Counted from the stretch's first letter, positions 1-10,851 are shown. The stretch: DNA of 64,000 nucleotides from Trueperaceae bacterium (GCA_965214405.1 OZ243956.1:1152001-1216000); one strand, 5' to 3'. Translations and numbers: made by a program. The notes: generated by a model from the letters alone, not told the origin.

Positions 1-308
1 TCTGAGATGGCAAAAAGCCGACCCAAGGCGGCGCTCATCGCGTTGGCGGCCTCTGCGGATTCGGGCACGTTCGAAGCGTTCATCATGCGCTCTCTCGACT
101 TTGCCACCTGCGCGAACACCTCTTTTTCGTGCGCGGCGTAGCCCTTGACCGTTTCGACCAAGTTGGGGACCAGATCGTTGCGGCGCTTGAGCTGCACGTC
201 AATCTGGCTCCAGGCGTTGCCGACGCGGTTTTCTAGGGTGACAATGCGGTTGTAGGTGCTTACGGCGAACACGGCGAGTATAACCAGGACGATCAGGATA
301 AGCCACAT
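1..308 (-). CDS. lemA: LemA family protein (N-terminal part; runs off window start)
   Basis: Manual translation of minus strand: [74 protein letters not shown] upstream. Confidence 0.93.
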   Translation of the reverse strand, partial: MWLILIVLVILAVFAVSTYNRIVTLENRVGNAWSQIDVQLKRRNDLVPNLVETVKGYAAHEKEVFAQVAKSRERMMNASNVPESAEAANAMSAALGRLFAIS

Positions 309-423
309 AGCGTCCTCCTTATGGCTCAGTGTAACGCGTCCGGGTGAAGGGGATATCAGGCAAAAGGTGGAGTGACGGAAGTGCTTTTGAAGTTTCCGGC
401 CAACGTGCTAAAAATAGAGGTGG

Positions 424-996
424 ATGTCAGACACCTTCAAAAAAGACGCCTCATCTTCAAAATTTGCTGATACAGTCAAGAAATTACAGCATGAACCAAG
501 ACCAGGACTCGAGGATATTTGGGTACGCCTTGGCCCTTTTGCTAACCGCGTCAAAAAGTATTCCGTAGAATTGCTAGAAGAGGAACCCTTTTTCTGGAAT
601 GCCGGGAAACCCTTCCGGTTAAACTGGCCTGTAAAGCTAAATGTCGAGCAGGTTTCATCTTGGGATGAAGCCCTCTACATCAGAAAGCTTGACGACGTTA
701 GTGAGATAGAAACTAAGGCCATACAACGTATCACCGCGCTCCTCGAGGCACACGGTAGGAACGCTGAACGTGACGCTATAAGCGACTTGATGCTTGATTA
801 CCTGTGGAAGCATTTGGAGAAGAGATACCCTGACGCGTTGGCTTGGTATGTACCGTCAGACTTTAAGTTAGCCCTTTTGGAAGTCATTCTCTACGATGTA
901 GGAAAACCTTCTTTCTTTCGTGAGCGGTGGGCCTGGTACGACGCGGGTCATTTTCCTTGTGGCGTAAAAAGAGATGGTACCAGAGTTATTTTCTAA
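424..996 (+). CDS. Hypothetical protein, AT-richer than neighbours, C-terminal WYDAGHFPCG motif (possibly immunity-like)
   Basis: 190-aa ORF filling the lemA-mnmA gap; GAGG upstream; protein-like composition. Confidence 0.7.
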   Translation: MSDTFKKDASSSKFADTVKKLQHEPRPGLEDIWVRLGPFANRVKKYSVELLEEEPFFWNAGKPFRLNWPVKLNVEQVSSWDEALYIRKLDDVSEIETKAIQRITALLEAHGRNAERDAISDLMLDYLWKHLEKRYPDALAWYVPSDFKLALLEVILYDVGKPSFFRERWAWYDAGHFPCGVKRDGTRVIF

Positions 997-1048
997 GTTT
1001 GCGACTCGGCATTGGACATACCTTCCGGAATTGCATCTACGCCACAGT

Positions 1049-2167
1049 TCAGCTTCGAGTTCGAATCACCCCGCCGCCCAAGAGCCTGTCCCCGTCGTAA
1101 AACACCGCCGATTGACCGACGGTCACGGCGAACATGGGGTCGTCAAAGGTCAGCTCAAATGTATCTTCACCCGTTAGTGTGAGCGTCGCGGGAACCGGGG
1201 CTTGACGGTAGCGTGTCTGCGCCATCACGCGCGTGGGTAGGGTTTCTTTGTCCGCCAGCAGGTTCAGCTTGTTCGCCCTTAATCCTTGCCAGTGACACAT
1301 CGCCCTGGTGCCCACCACAACCGCGTTGTCCGAAGCGCGGAGCTCGAGCACAAACCTCTCCAAATGTGAATGGTGAAGACCCAAACCCTTTTTCTGCCCG
1401 ATGGTGTAGAACTGCACGCCCTGGTGCCTGCCAATCTCCTTGAACCCGTCCGACGCGTCCAAAACGGGACCAGGCTGAGGCTGACTCTCCTCTATAAGAT
1501 AATTTTTCACCGATGAGGAGATAAAACAGAGCCCGTGCGACGAGGCCTTGTCGGCAGTGGCGAACCCGCGCGCCTCGGCAAGTTTACGCACCTCGTCTTT
1601 AGTAAGCTCGCCCAAGGGAAAGAGCAGGTAGGGCAGAATCTCGCGGGGCAACGCCCAGAGAAAATAGGTCTGGTCCTTGCTGTCGTCCGCGCCGCGGTGA
1701 AGTTCCGGGCCGCGGGGACCGTCCGCGCGCCTCACGTAATGCCCAGTGGCGATAAAGTCGCTCCCCAGCATCTTGGCTTTTTGCAAAAACGCGCCGAACT
1801 TAATGTCGCGGTTGCACCACACGCAGGGGTTGGGCGTCTCGCCCGCTTCGTAGGTGGGCACAAAAGGGTCGATGACGATGTCCGCAAATTTGTCGCGGTA
1901 GTCAAGCAAATAAAAGGGCACGTCGATGGCGTCGGCGACGCGGCGCGCGTCATAGGCGGCGTTGGGCGAGCAGCAGAGGTCAAAAGCGCCCGCGGGCCGT
2001 TCGTCGGGCCAGAAACGCATCATCGAGCCGACGACCTCGAAACCGCCCTCCTGCAATAGTGATGCCGCCACCGACGAGTCCACCCCGCCCGACATGGCGC
2101 AGAAGACGCGGGGGCGGGCGGGGGTAAGCAGGGGCACGTTAAGGGGCGTTTCGGCAGGCAAACTCAC
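1049..2167 (-). CDS. mnmA: tRNA 2-thiouridine(34) synthase MnmA
   Basis: AMSGGVDSSV PP-loop, TPNPCVWCN, ATGHY, KDQTYFL, YTIGQKKGLG, GQSAVFY motifs. Confidence 0.97.
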   Translation of the reverse strand: MSLPAETPLNVPLLTPARPRVFCAMSGGVDSSVAASLLQEGGFEVVGSMMRFWPDERPAGAFDLCCSPNAAYDARRVADAIDVPFYLLDYRDKFADIVIDPFVPTYEAGETPNPCVWCNRDIKFGAFLQKAKMLGSDFIATGHYVRRADGPRGPELHRGADDSKDQTYFLWALPREILPYLLFPLGELTKDEVRKLAEARGFATADKASSHGLCFISSSVKNYLIEESQPQPGPVLDASDGFKEIGRHQGVQFYTIGQKKGLGLHHSHLERFVLELRASDNAVVVGTRAMCHWQGLRANKLNLLADKETLPTRVMAQTRYRQAPVPATLTLTGEDTFELTFDDPMFAVTVGQSAVFYDGDRLLGGGVIRTRS

Positions 2168-2290
2168 AGTGAACCAGTCTAGCCCACCGGGCCGCGCACG
2201 TGCGAAAGCCTCTTACAAAAAAGCCTCTTGCAAAGGCGTGTGTCCTAAATAAGGTTGAAACGTGATGAAAGGGTAGGAAACCTCGAAAAA

Positions 2291-2352
2291 GTAGTCAGGT
2301 ATCAGAATTCGGTAGTTGCGAATTCTACTGACTACCGAATTCTGACTACTCC
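2291..2352. repeat. Inverted heptamer (STRR-like) array forming a hairpin with a 15-bp perfect stem
   Basis: TCAGAATTCGGTAGT (2302-2316) is the reverse complement of ACTACCGAATTCTGA (2331-2345); 7-nt periodicity gtagtca/ggtatca/gaattcg/gtagttg. Confidence 0.8.
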
Positions 2353-2792
2353 CTTGAAAAGCTAAATCCAACCTCTCGCAGGACGCACCCCGTGTTGGCC
2401 GGTCAACGCGTATGAGGCTCCGCCCACGGCGGGCGCAGTTCTCAGCGTAAGCGAGAGCAGAGTACGCCCGGGGCACCTACCCATCACCCCTTCGCTTCGT
2501 CCAAACTTGTAAAGGTCTCGTCCCAAAGCGGCGCATTTTTTCTTCGTCCGTCCGGGCTAGCGTGTCGGAAGACGCTCGAGAACCCTGTGATAAGCCGCTT
2601 TGCCCGCTCGAGGTGATAAGCGCCGGAAACCCAGCGGGCGCAAAATCTGAGAGCACATCTAAGCTATAGTGACCAGTACGTCCAAGCCTCAGAGCTCACC
2701 CTTCACACTCAATACGAGGACGCGCAAAAACTAAGCACTAGCCACTCATCACTGTCTCTATTCACCATTGCCCTTAACGAAAGGACACACCC

Positions 2793-4448
<1,656 letters not shown>

Positions 4449-4516
4449 GGCTGCACGCCTTACCAGGGCTCGAGACGTCCTCAGCCGTTGTCTCGTCCTA
4501 TTAGGAAGCAAGACGC

Positions 4517-4546
4517 AAAAAGAGGGCGCTTCAAAGCACCCTCTTT
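4517..4546 (-). terminator. Intrinsic terminator for amtB-glnK, possibly bidirectional with pgi
   Basis: Minus strand AAAGAGGGTGCT-TTGA-AGCGCCCTCTTTTT hairpin with U-tract between convergent genes. Confidence 0.75.
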
Positions 4547-4573
4547 CCCTTAGAACTTAGAACCTCGTTGCCG

Positions 4574-4966
4574 CTACCTCGCGCCTACCTTTTCTCTCCT
4601 CTTGTCTTTTACGTTTTCTCTCACCGGCGTGACCGCCGACTCGTCCTCTTCGCCCGTGCGGATGCGTACCACGCGCTCGAGGGGCTGGACGAAAATCTTC
4701 CCGTCGCCGACTTCGCCCGTGCGGGCGGCCTTGACGATGGCGCCAATCGCGGTATCGACAAACGCTTCTGAGACGCCGATGGTGAGCTGCACCTTTTCGT
4801 GAAACTCGACCATGTAGCGCGCGCCGCGGTACTGCTCGATCACCTCGCGCTCGCCGCCGTGGCCGCTCACCCTCGAGAGGGTCATGCCGGTCACGCCCGC
4901 CTCGAACAGCGCCTCTTTGACCGCCGCGAGTTTTTCGGGGCGGATAATGGCCGTAACGAGTCTCAT
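4574..4966 (-). CDS. glnK: P-II family nitrogen regulator (GlnK)
   Basis: AIIRPEKL, YRG T-loop, RTGEVGDGKIFV, RIRTGE; directly downstream of amtB. Confidence 0.95.
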   Translation of the reverse strand: MRLVTAIIRPEKLAAVKEALFEAGVTGMTLSRVSGHGGEREVIEQYRGARYMVEFHEKVQLTIGVSEAFVDTAIGAIVKAARTGEVGDGKIFVQPLERVVRIRTGEEDESAVTPVRENVKDKRREKVGAR

Positions 4967-4969
4967 GGC

Positions 4970-6373
4970 TTAATCTCCCGCGACCGCGCCGCCGACGATG
5001 ACGGGGTCGCGCAGCGTGTCATTGGGGGTGTAGGCTTCGGTGCCGTGCTCGGCGATGTCTAAGCCGGTGAGTTCTTCTTCACTGCTGACGCGCACGCCGA
5101 GGGTGGCCTTGAGGATGGACCAGAGAAGATAGGAGGCGGCAAAGGCCACGACGCTAATCACGACGGTACCCAAAACTTGCGTTCCCAAAGACGCGAGACC
5201 TCCGCCCGCGAAAAAGCCGCTCGCGCCGAGCGTGGGCAGGCCGAAGAGCCCGACCGCCATCGTGCCCCACATGCCGCAGACGCCGTGAACCGCAATCGCG
5301 CCCACCGGGTCGTCAATCTTGTTGCGGTCGAGCGCCAGGATGCCCCAGAACACCAGACCGCCACCCACCGCGCCGATGATAATCGCGCCCAACGGCCCGA
5401 CGAACGCGCACGGCGCGGTAATGGCGACGAGCCCAGCCAACACGCCGTTCATCGTCATCGAAAAGTCGGGCTTGCCGAAGCGCGCCCACGACACCATGAG
5501 GGCCACCACCGCGCCCGCCGCCGCCGCAAGGTTCGTCGTCAAGAAGATGTGCGCGACCAGACCGGGGTCGCTCACAATGCCCATCGTTGAGCCGGGGTTA
5601 AAGCCGAACCAGCCCAGCCAGAGGATAAACACGCCGAGCGCGGCAAACGTCATGTTGTGACCGGGCATCGCGTTGACCTTGTTGCCGGTGTAGCGCCCGA
5701 TGCGCGGGCCGACAACCAGCACCGCGCCAAGAGCCGCAAAACCGCCCACCGCGTGAACCACGGTCGAGCCTGCAAAGTCCAGAAAACCCATGCCCGCAAG
5801 CCAGCCGCCGCCCCAGACCCAGTGGCCCAAAATGGGGTAAATAAGTCCCGTCATCACGAGCGAAAAGATGAGGTAGGACGGAAACTTGACGCGTCCGCCC
5901 ACCGCGCCCGACACGATGGTCGCGGCGGTTCCGGCAAACACGAGTTGGAAGATGAACTTGGCCGCCAGCGGCACCCCCGTCCAGCTCAGCGCGCCAAAAA
6001 TCCCGCTATAGGCGTCTACCGAGGGGCTGTTGTCGGGACCCAGCAAAAACCAGCCGTTGAGCCCCAAAAACCCGTTGCCGTCGCCGAACATAAACGCGAA
6101 GCCCACCGCCCAAAAGGCGAGCGAGGCAATAATAAAGTCTGCATAATTTTTCATTAAGATGTTGACGACATTTTTAGCGCTCTGGAGGCCCGCCTCGAGC
6201 AGCGAGAAACCCGCCTGCATAAAGAATACCAAGGCAGCGGCGACGAGCACCCAGAGTGTGTCCAGGCCAACGGTAAGCCCAGCGATTGCAACGGCACTGG
6301 CGTCTTGCGCCAGCGCACCCCCCCCCACAAGCGCCCCCACAAGCGCGAATCCAACCAACGAAACCTTCCTCAT
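4970..6373 (-). CDS. amtB: Ammonium transporter
   Basis: FMQAGF, FQLVFAGTAATIVSGA, DFAGSTVVH, LWLGWFGFNPGS, IDDPVGAIAVHG; GAGGAGG RBS; N-terminal signal-like segment. Confidence 0.97.
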   Translation of the reverse strand: MRKVSLVGFALVGALVGGGALAQDASAVAIAGLTVGLDTLWVLVAAALVFFMQAGFSLLEAGLQSAKNVVNILMKNYADFIIASLAFWAVGFAFMFGDGNGFLGLNGWFLLGPDNSPSVDAYSGIFGALSWTGVPLAAKFIFQLVFAGTAATIVSGAVGGRVKFPSYLIFSLVMTGLIYPILGHWVWGGGWLAGMGFLDFAGSTVVHAVGGFAALGAVLVVGPRIGRYTGNKVNAMPGHNMTFAALGVFILWLGWFGFNPGSTMGIVSDPGLVAHIFLTTNLAAAAGAVVALMVSWARFGKPDFSMTMNGVLAGLVAITAPCAFVGPLGAIIIGAVGGGLVFWGILALDRNKIDDPVGAIAVHGVCGMWGTMAVGLFGLPTLGASGFFAGGGLASLGTQVLGTVVISVVAFAASYLLWSILKATLGVRVSSEEELTGLDIAEHGTEAYTPNDTLRDPVIVGGAVAGD

Positions 6374-6413
6374 TTGTACCTCCTCGGGACTGCCGCGTGT
6401 GGCGGCTCCTTAA

Positions 6414-6442
6414 AGAATATGCTTAAAACTGCATAGCGTCAA
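6414..6442 (-). promoter_or_regulatory. Sigma70-type promoter of amtB-glnK with overlapping palindrome TATGC-N8-GCATA
   Basis: Minus strand TTGACG-17 nt-TATTCT; palindrome at 6418-6435 spans the spacer. Confidence 0.7.
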
Positions 6443-6674
6443 GTCTGAATGTGCTGAACGTTCAAAGAAAACGTGACAGGTTAGACTATCAGGTCATCCA
6501 AAAATGATCAAAAGAGGAGAAAATTTGCAGAACGTGATGCCAAAGATGAATATAGTGTTTATTTCCTATGCGCATAAGTTTATTCACAACTGCGTCTCAC
6601 AGCTACACCTCATGGTGGTGGCTCGAGCGCAGACGCTACCTTAAGAGTGTTCATTCAAGGTTTAAGATAAACGT

Positions 6675-7022
6675 ATGGCACACGCAAAAAAATCCGACAT
6701 CCGCCTGACCGTGCATCTCGACGAAACGAACACGCCCGAGGCGATTCATTGGGAGGCGGACGACGCGCCCGAGCCGGGGGAGCAGGCGGCCCAAGCGATG
6801 CTTCTGGCGCTGTGGGACGCGGACTCACGGACCGCCATGCGCATCGACTTGTGGACCAAAGACATGAGCGTGGACGACATGAACGACTTCTTTTTTCAGA
6901 CGCTCCTGACGATGGCCGACACCTACAAAAACGCGACCAATAACAAAGACATCATGGCGGACATCAAAATGTTCGCGCGCGACTTTGCCGAAAAGGCTTC
7001 TAAGCAGGTGACTCGCGGCTGA
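6675..7022 (+). CDS. gldC: GldC-like protein (Bacteroidota gliding-associated family)
   Basis: KSDIRLTVHLDE..PE.I.W.A.D, AMLLALWD, RIDLWTKDMSVDDM..FFFQTL.TMADTY..AT match recalled GldC consensus; 115 aa. Confidence 0.82.
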   Translation: MAHAKKSDIRLTVHLDETNTPEAIHWEADDAPEPGEQAAQAMLLALWDADSRTAMRIDLWTKDMSVDDMNDFFFQTLLTMADTYKNATNNKDIMADIKMFARDFAEKASKQVTRG

Positions 7023-7196
7023 GCAGGGTATAAAGGACGCTTTGGCTCGAGCAAACCGCACACGATCAAGAATTCAGGAGCTTATTGGGGATACAGCTTT
7101 CTTATAGAAAATAAGGGATAACGCCTACGCCGACAAAGTCACTTCCCTTGGGCGACGTGTAAAAACCGCTATAGTGAGAGCACGAGGAGGTTTTCG

Positions 7197-7469
7197 GTGA
7201 CCCGTGAAAAGACGCAGGTTCTCGTTTACGGTGCGGACTGGTGCGGCCTCACGCGCGCCTTTCGCAACTGGTTGGACACCATCGGCGTGCCCTTTGAGTA
7301 CCACAACATCGAAACCGACCCCGAGGCGGAAGAGGCTGTTAAAACCATGAACGGCGGCAAGCGCAAGTTTCCGATGGTCGTGGTGGGCGAGGTCGTGATG
7401 AAAAACCCGCCGATTCAGGACCTCAACAAGGCTTTAGACCGTTACGGGCTGCTCGAGCAAGACGTTTAG
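7197..7469 (+). CDS. Glutaredoxin/mycoredoxin-like protein with monothiol CGLT active site
   Basis: VYGADWCGLT, NIETDPEA...NGGKRKFPMVVVG; GAGGAGG RBS; TATAGT upstream. Confidence 0.85.
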   Translation: MTREKTQVLVYGADWCGLTRAFRNWLDTIGVPFEYHNIETDPEAEEAVKTMNGGKRKFPMVVVGEVVMKNPPIQDLNKALDRYGLLEQDV

Positions 7470-9364
7470 TAAACCGCCACTTCTCTCGGATGCTCGCCGT
7501 CCCCAACCTGCAAATCGTAAAGCGTCCGGTAGAGCCCGCCTTGCGCCAGAAGCTCCCCGTGCGAGCCTCTTTCTAAAAGCTTGCCGCGCTCTAAGACCAA
7601 AATTTCGTCCGCCCCCACCACCGTCGAAAGCCTATGCGCGATAATCAGCGTGGTGACGCCGCGCCGCGTTCTAAAAAGTCCTTCTAGCGCGTCCTGGATG
7701 ACCGCCTCGGATTCGGCGTCTAGGCTCGAGGTCGCCTCGTCCAAAACGAGCACCGACGCCTCCTTGAGCACCGCGCGCGCGATGGCGACGCGCTGCTTTT
7801 GCCCGCCCGAGAGTTTCACGCCGCGCTCGCCGATTTCGGTGTCGTAACCCTTAGGGAGTTCGCTGATGAAGTCGTGCGCGTTGGCGAGCCGCGCGGCTTC
7901 CAGGACCTCCGCCTCGCTTGCGCCCGGCTTGGCGTAGCGGATGTTGTCGCGCACCGACCCCGAAAAGAGCGTCGGGTCCTGCGGCACCACCGCCACCGCG
8001 CGGCGCAGGGGCTCTAAGCGATAATCGCGCACGTCCCGGCCTCCCAAAAGAATCTCGCCTTCAACGGGGTCGTAAAGGCGGCTCAGGAGCTTCGTCACCG
8101 TACTTTTGCCCGCGCCCGACGGGCCGACCAGGGCGACGGTGCTGCCGGGCGCGACGCTGAACGAAAGGTCGTCCAAAGACAACGTCTCGCTCTCAGGGTA
8201 GCGGAAGCGGACCCCTCTAAACTCGAGCCCGCCCCGCCCAATCTTTTCCTCTTCCCCTTCACGCTCGGGTTCGTCCTCGAGCAAGTCGTTCACCCGCTCC
8301 AACGCCGCCATCCCCGCCTGGAGCACGTTGTTGAAGTTCATGACAAACACGACGGGGGTAATCAGGTTGTTGAGATAGAGCAAAAACGCGGTGAGTTCGC
8401 CCGTGGTGAGTTGCAGCGCGCCGGGCAAATCGCTCCCCGCGCGGCTCCGCACGATGAGCCAGCCCCCGACGAGCAGGAGCGCGCCCACACCGCCCTCCGC
8501 GCTGAGGCCCACAAAGCCCTGCATGAGGCCGACCTGCTTGCGGCGGTCCAAGTTGAGCTTGACGTAGGCGTCATTTTCCTTTTCAAAACGTCCCAGTTCA
8601 AAAGCTTCATTGGCAAAACCCTTGACCACGCCGATGCTGCCGACTGCCTCGGTGGCGGTCGCGGTCATCTCGCCCACGCGGGCGCGCACGCCCCGCGCGA
8701 GCGTGCGCAACGGTCCCTGGTAGTAGACCGTAAAAAAGGCCATCAGCGCCACCACGACGAGGCTCAGCGCGGCCAAAAGCGGGTTCATCACGAACAAAAT
8801 CACCAGCACCACCACGATGCTAAAAAGCTGCCCGACGATGCGCGACGCGCCAGCTTGGATCATCGACTCGAGCGCGTTTACGTCCGACACCACCCGCGAC
8901 ACGAGCGAGCCCGAGCGCTCGGCGGTAAAGCGCGTGAGGGGGAGTTTCAAGAGCCTCGAGTAGGCGCGCATCCGGATGTCGGCAATCACCGACTGGGTAA
9001 AGGCAAAACTCAGGTACATCGACGCGTAACTCACCGCCTCGCTCACCACGTAAAACACCGCGAGCCCCGCGCCCATGAGCAAAAATAGGCGCGCCTCGCC
9101 CCGCGGGATAAGCTGGTCGATGACGATGCGCACAAACTGCGGGCTGAGTTGCGCCAACGCCGCCGACAGGGCGATAAGCAGCGACAGCCCCACCACCTGC
9201 CACTTGCGCGGCGCAAGGATTTCCCAGAGGCGCGCTAAGCTTTTTTGACCTATCGACGGACCGTTTGTAACCTCTTCTTGTGACGTTCTGCGGGATTCGT
9301 CTTCTTTATCCCTACCGGGTTTGTCTTTGGAAGGCTCGTCTTTAGCAGCTTCTTCTCGAATCAT
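7466..9364 (-). CDS. ABC transporter, fused permease/ATP-binding (MsbA/MdlA-like exporter)
   Basis: TM domain plus GPSGAGKST, LSGGQKQRVAIARA, LVLDEATSSLD, IAHRLST. Confidence 0.95.
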   Translation of the reverse strand: MIREEAAKDEPSKDKPGRDKEDESRRTSQEEVTNGPSIGQKSLARLWEILAPRKWQVVGLSLLIALSAALAQLSPQFVRIVIDQLIPRGEARLFLLMGAGLAVFYVVSEAVSYASMYLSFAFTQSVIADIRMRAYSRLLKLPLTRFTAERSGSLVSRVVSDVNALESMIQAGASRIVGQLFSIVVVLVILFVMNPLLAALSLVVVALMAFFTVYYQGPLRTLARGVRARVGEMTATATEAVGSIGVVKGFANEAFELGRFEKENDAYVKLNLDRRKQVGLMQGFVGLSAEGGVGALLLVGGWLIVRSRAGSDLPGALQLTTGELTAFLLYLNNLITPVVFVMNFNNVLQAGMAALERVNDLLEDEPEREGEEEKIGRGGLEFRGVRFRYPESETLSLDDLSFSVAPGSTVALVGPSGAGKSTVTKLLSRLYDPVEGEILLGGRDVRDYRLEPLRRAVAVVPQDPTLFSGSVRDNIRYAKPGASEAEVLEAARLANAHDFISELPKGYDTEIGERGVKLSGGQKQRVAIARAVLKEASVLVLDEATSSLDAESEAVIQDALEGLFRTRRGVTTLIIAHRLSTVVGADEILVLERGKLLERGSHGELLAQGGLYRTLYDLQVGDGEHPREVAVY

Positions 9365-9505
9365 CTACTCGAGCCTACCCCGCCCCTCACCAAAGTTTTG
9401 GAAGATGCCGCACAGCGTGAAGGAACAAGCGCAGCGCCTTAAAAGTGAACGCTACCCCAGCTCTAAAGCTTTAACAACCAGCGAAACAGGAAGGTGTATT
9501 TTCTT

Positions 9506-9709
9506 TCACTCCCTCTCCGCCGCCGCCCGCAACGAAATTGCCTTTTTTGGTTTTACTTTGACGCCGCCGCGTTTGAGCACGGCTTTGGCAAACGCCTCGA
9601 GCGGGATTGGCGGAACGTCGGTGTAGTCTATGTCTTCGTCGCGCATGGCGTTGACGCGCTCCCAGTCGGTTTTAGAAGCCTGCGCTTTAGTGATGGCCTT
9701 CCGTTTCAT
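9506..9709 (-). pseudogene. Truncated BrnA-type antitoxin
   Basis: SKTDWERVNAMRDEDIDYTDVPP...PKKAISLR is a BrnA N-terminus; ends before the usual LD.DV..WFK...GYQTRIN segment. Confidence 0.7.
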
Positions 9710-9789
9710 ATTGGTTTCCTTTCACGTTGAGGTGTACGGCAGCCCTGAACTTCCGAGGCTAGCTTCTTGAGCAGAACCTGTCTCAAAAA

Positions 9790-10851
9790 TTAAGGTACGT
9801 AGCAGCGCAGCAGCGTCGCCTGTCCCTCCAAGGTGTAGTCGCCAAGACTCGCCGGAAGCACCACGGACGCGCCGCGGCTTAGGGACATCTTTTCGCCGCC
9901 CTTTTCACTTTGGGTAGTAAGCTCGAGCCCGCCCCCAATCACCGTCAAGATGTCGAAACTTTCTGGGTTCGTTCTCTCGTTCTGCCGTCCCGACACCTCC
10001 CAGCGCTCCGCCGCGAAGTGCTCGACGTTGAGCAGTTCCGTTTTTCCCGCCGACAGAGGTTTAGGCGTGACCTTGGCGTGCTCGCCGGGGCTCAAGTCGG
10101 CCACTTCCAGGGCCTTGTCCACATGCAACTCGCGCTTTTCTCCCGACGCGCCCCGGCGGTCATAGTCGTACAGGCGGTAGGTGAGGTCCGAACTCTCCTG
10201 AATCTCGAACAACACAATACCCGCACCGATGCCGTGGACCGTGCCCGCCGGGTTGTAAACCACGTCGCCCGCCTTCACGGGTACGTGGTTGAGGTGAGGT
10301 CCCAGCTTGCCGTCCCGAACCGCCTCACGCAGCGCCGCCTCGTCCAGCGCGTCCTTGAAACCCCAGATGACCTCTGCGCCGGGTTCGGCCTCCAAAATGT
10401 ACCAGGCCTCGCTTTTACCCAAATGCCCACTCTGGGCCTCGTGCTCGCGCGCATAGGCGTCGTCGGGGTGGACCTGGATGGAGAGCTTGTCGGCGGCGTC
10501 GATGAACTTGGCTAACAGCGGCACCGCTAAACCGTAGCGCGCCACGCTCGAGCGCCCCAGCAACGCCGCGCCATACTCTTTTGCAACCTCCTCAAAAGTT
10601 CGCCCCGCCAAATCGCCGTTCTTGATGCGGTTTTTCGCGTAGACCTGCCACGACTCGCCCAGGGGCTCGTCGGCGTCGGGAAGCTGGGCTTCGTCGAGGT
10701 TTAGAAAACTCACCAGGCGGTTCCCGCCCCACAGGCGCGGGCTCAAGAAACGCTCGAGCTCGAGCGGGTAGGCGCCTATCCAGCTTGCTGTGTTCGTCAC
10801 GTTGTTCCCCGTTTCACATGCGTAAACCTTCTTGCGTGAAGCTTCATTCAC
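9790..10851 (-). CDS. manA: Type I mannose-6-phosphate isomerase (start uncertain)
   Basis: LWGGNRL, LGESW, PLLAKFIDA..KLSIQVHPDD, GKSEAWYIL, GTVHGIGAG, EIQESSDLTYRLYDYDR. Confidence 0.92.
   Translation of the reverse strand: MNEASRKKVYACETGNNVTNTASWIGAYPLELERFLSPRLWGGNRLVSFLNLDEAQLPDADEPLGESWQVYAKNRIKNGDLAGRTFEEVAKEYGAALLGRSSVARYGLAVPLLAKFIDAADKLSIQVHPDDAYAREHEAQSGHLGKSEAWYILEAEPGAEVIWGFKDALDEAALREAVRDGKLGPHLNHVPVKAGDVVYNPAGTVHGIGAGIVLFEIQESSDLTYRLYDYDRRGASGEKRELHVDKALEVADLSPGEHAKVTPKPLSAGKTELLNVEHFAAERWEVSGRQNERTNPESFDILTVIGGGLELTTQSEKGGEKMSLSRGASVVLPASLGDYTLEGQATLLRCYVP

Noticed and set aside
2585..2622. Two GTGATAAG copies as DnaA boxes or an origin
   Set aside because: Do not match TTATCCACA well; no AT-rich unwinding element or dnaA context
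2600..2695. c-di-GMP-I riboswitch-like fragments (GGAAAC...GGGCGCAAA...TCTAAG)
   Set aside because: No proper GNRA-capped stem or GGCAAAC opening; the TATAGT inside is more simply the pgi -10 box
6318..6326. C9 tract in amtB (and G8 tracts in tamB) as phase-variation switches
   Set aside because: In frame and encoding Gly runs in GC-rich core genes; no sign of disruption
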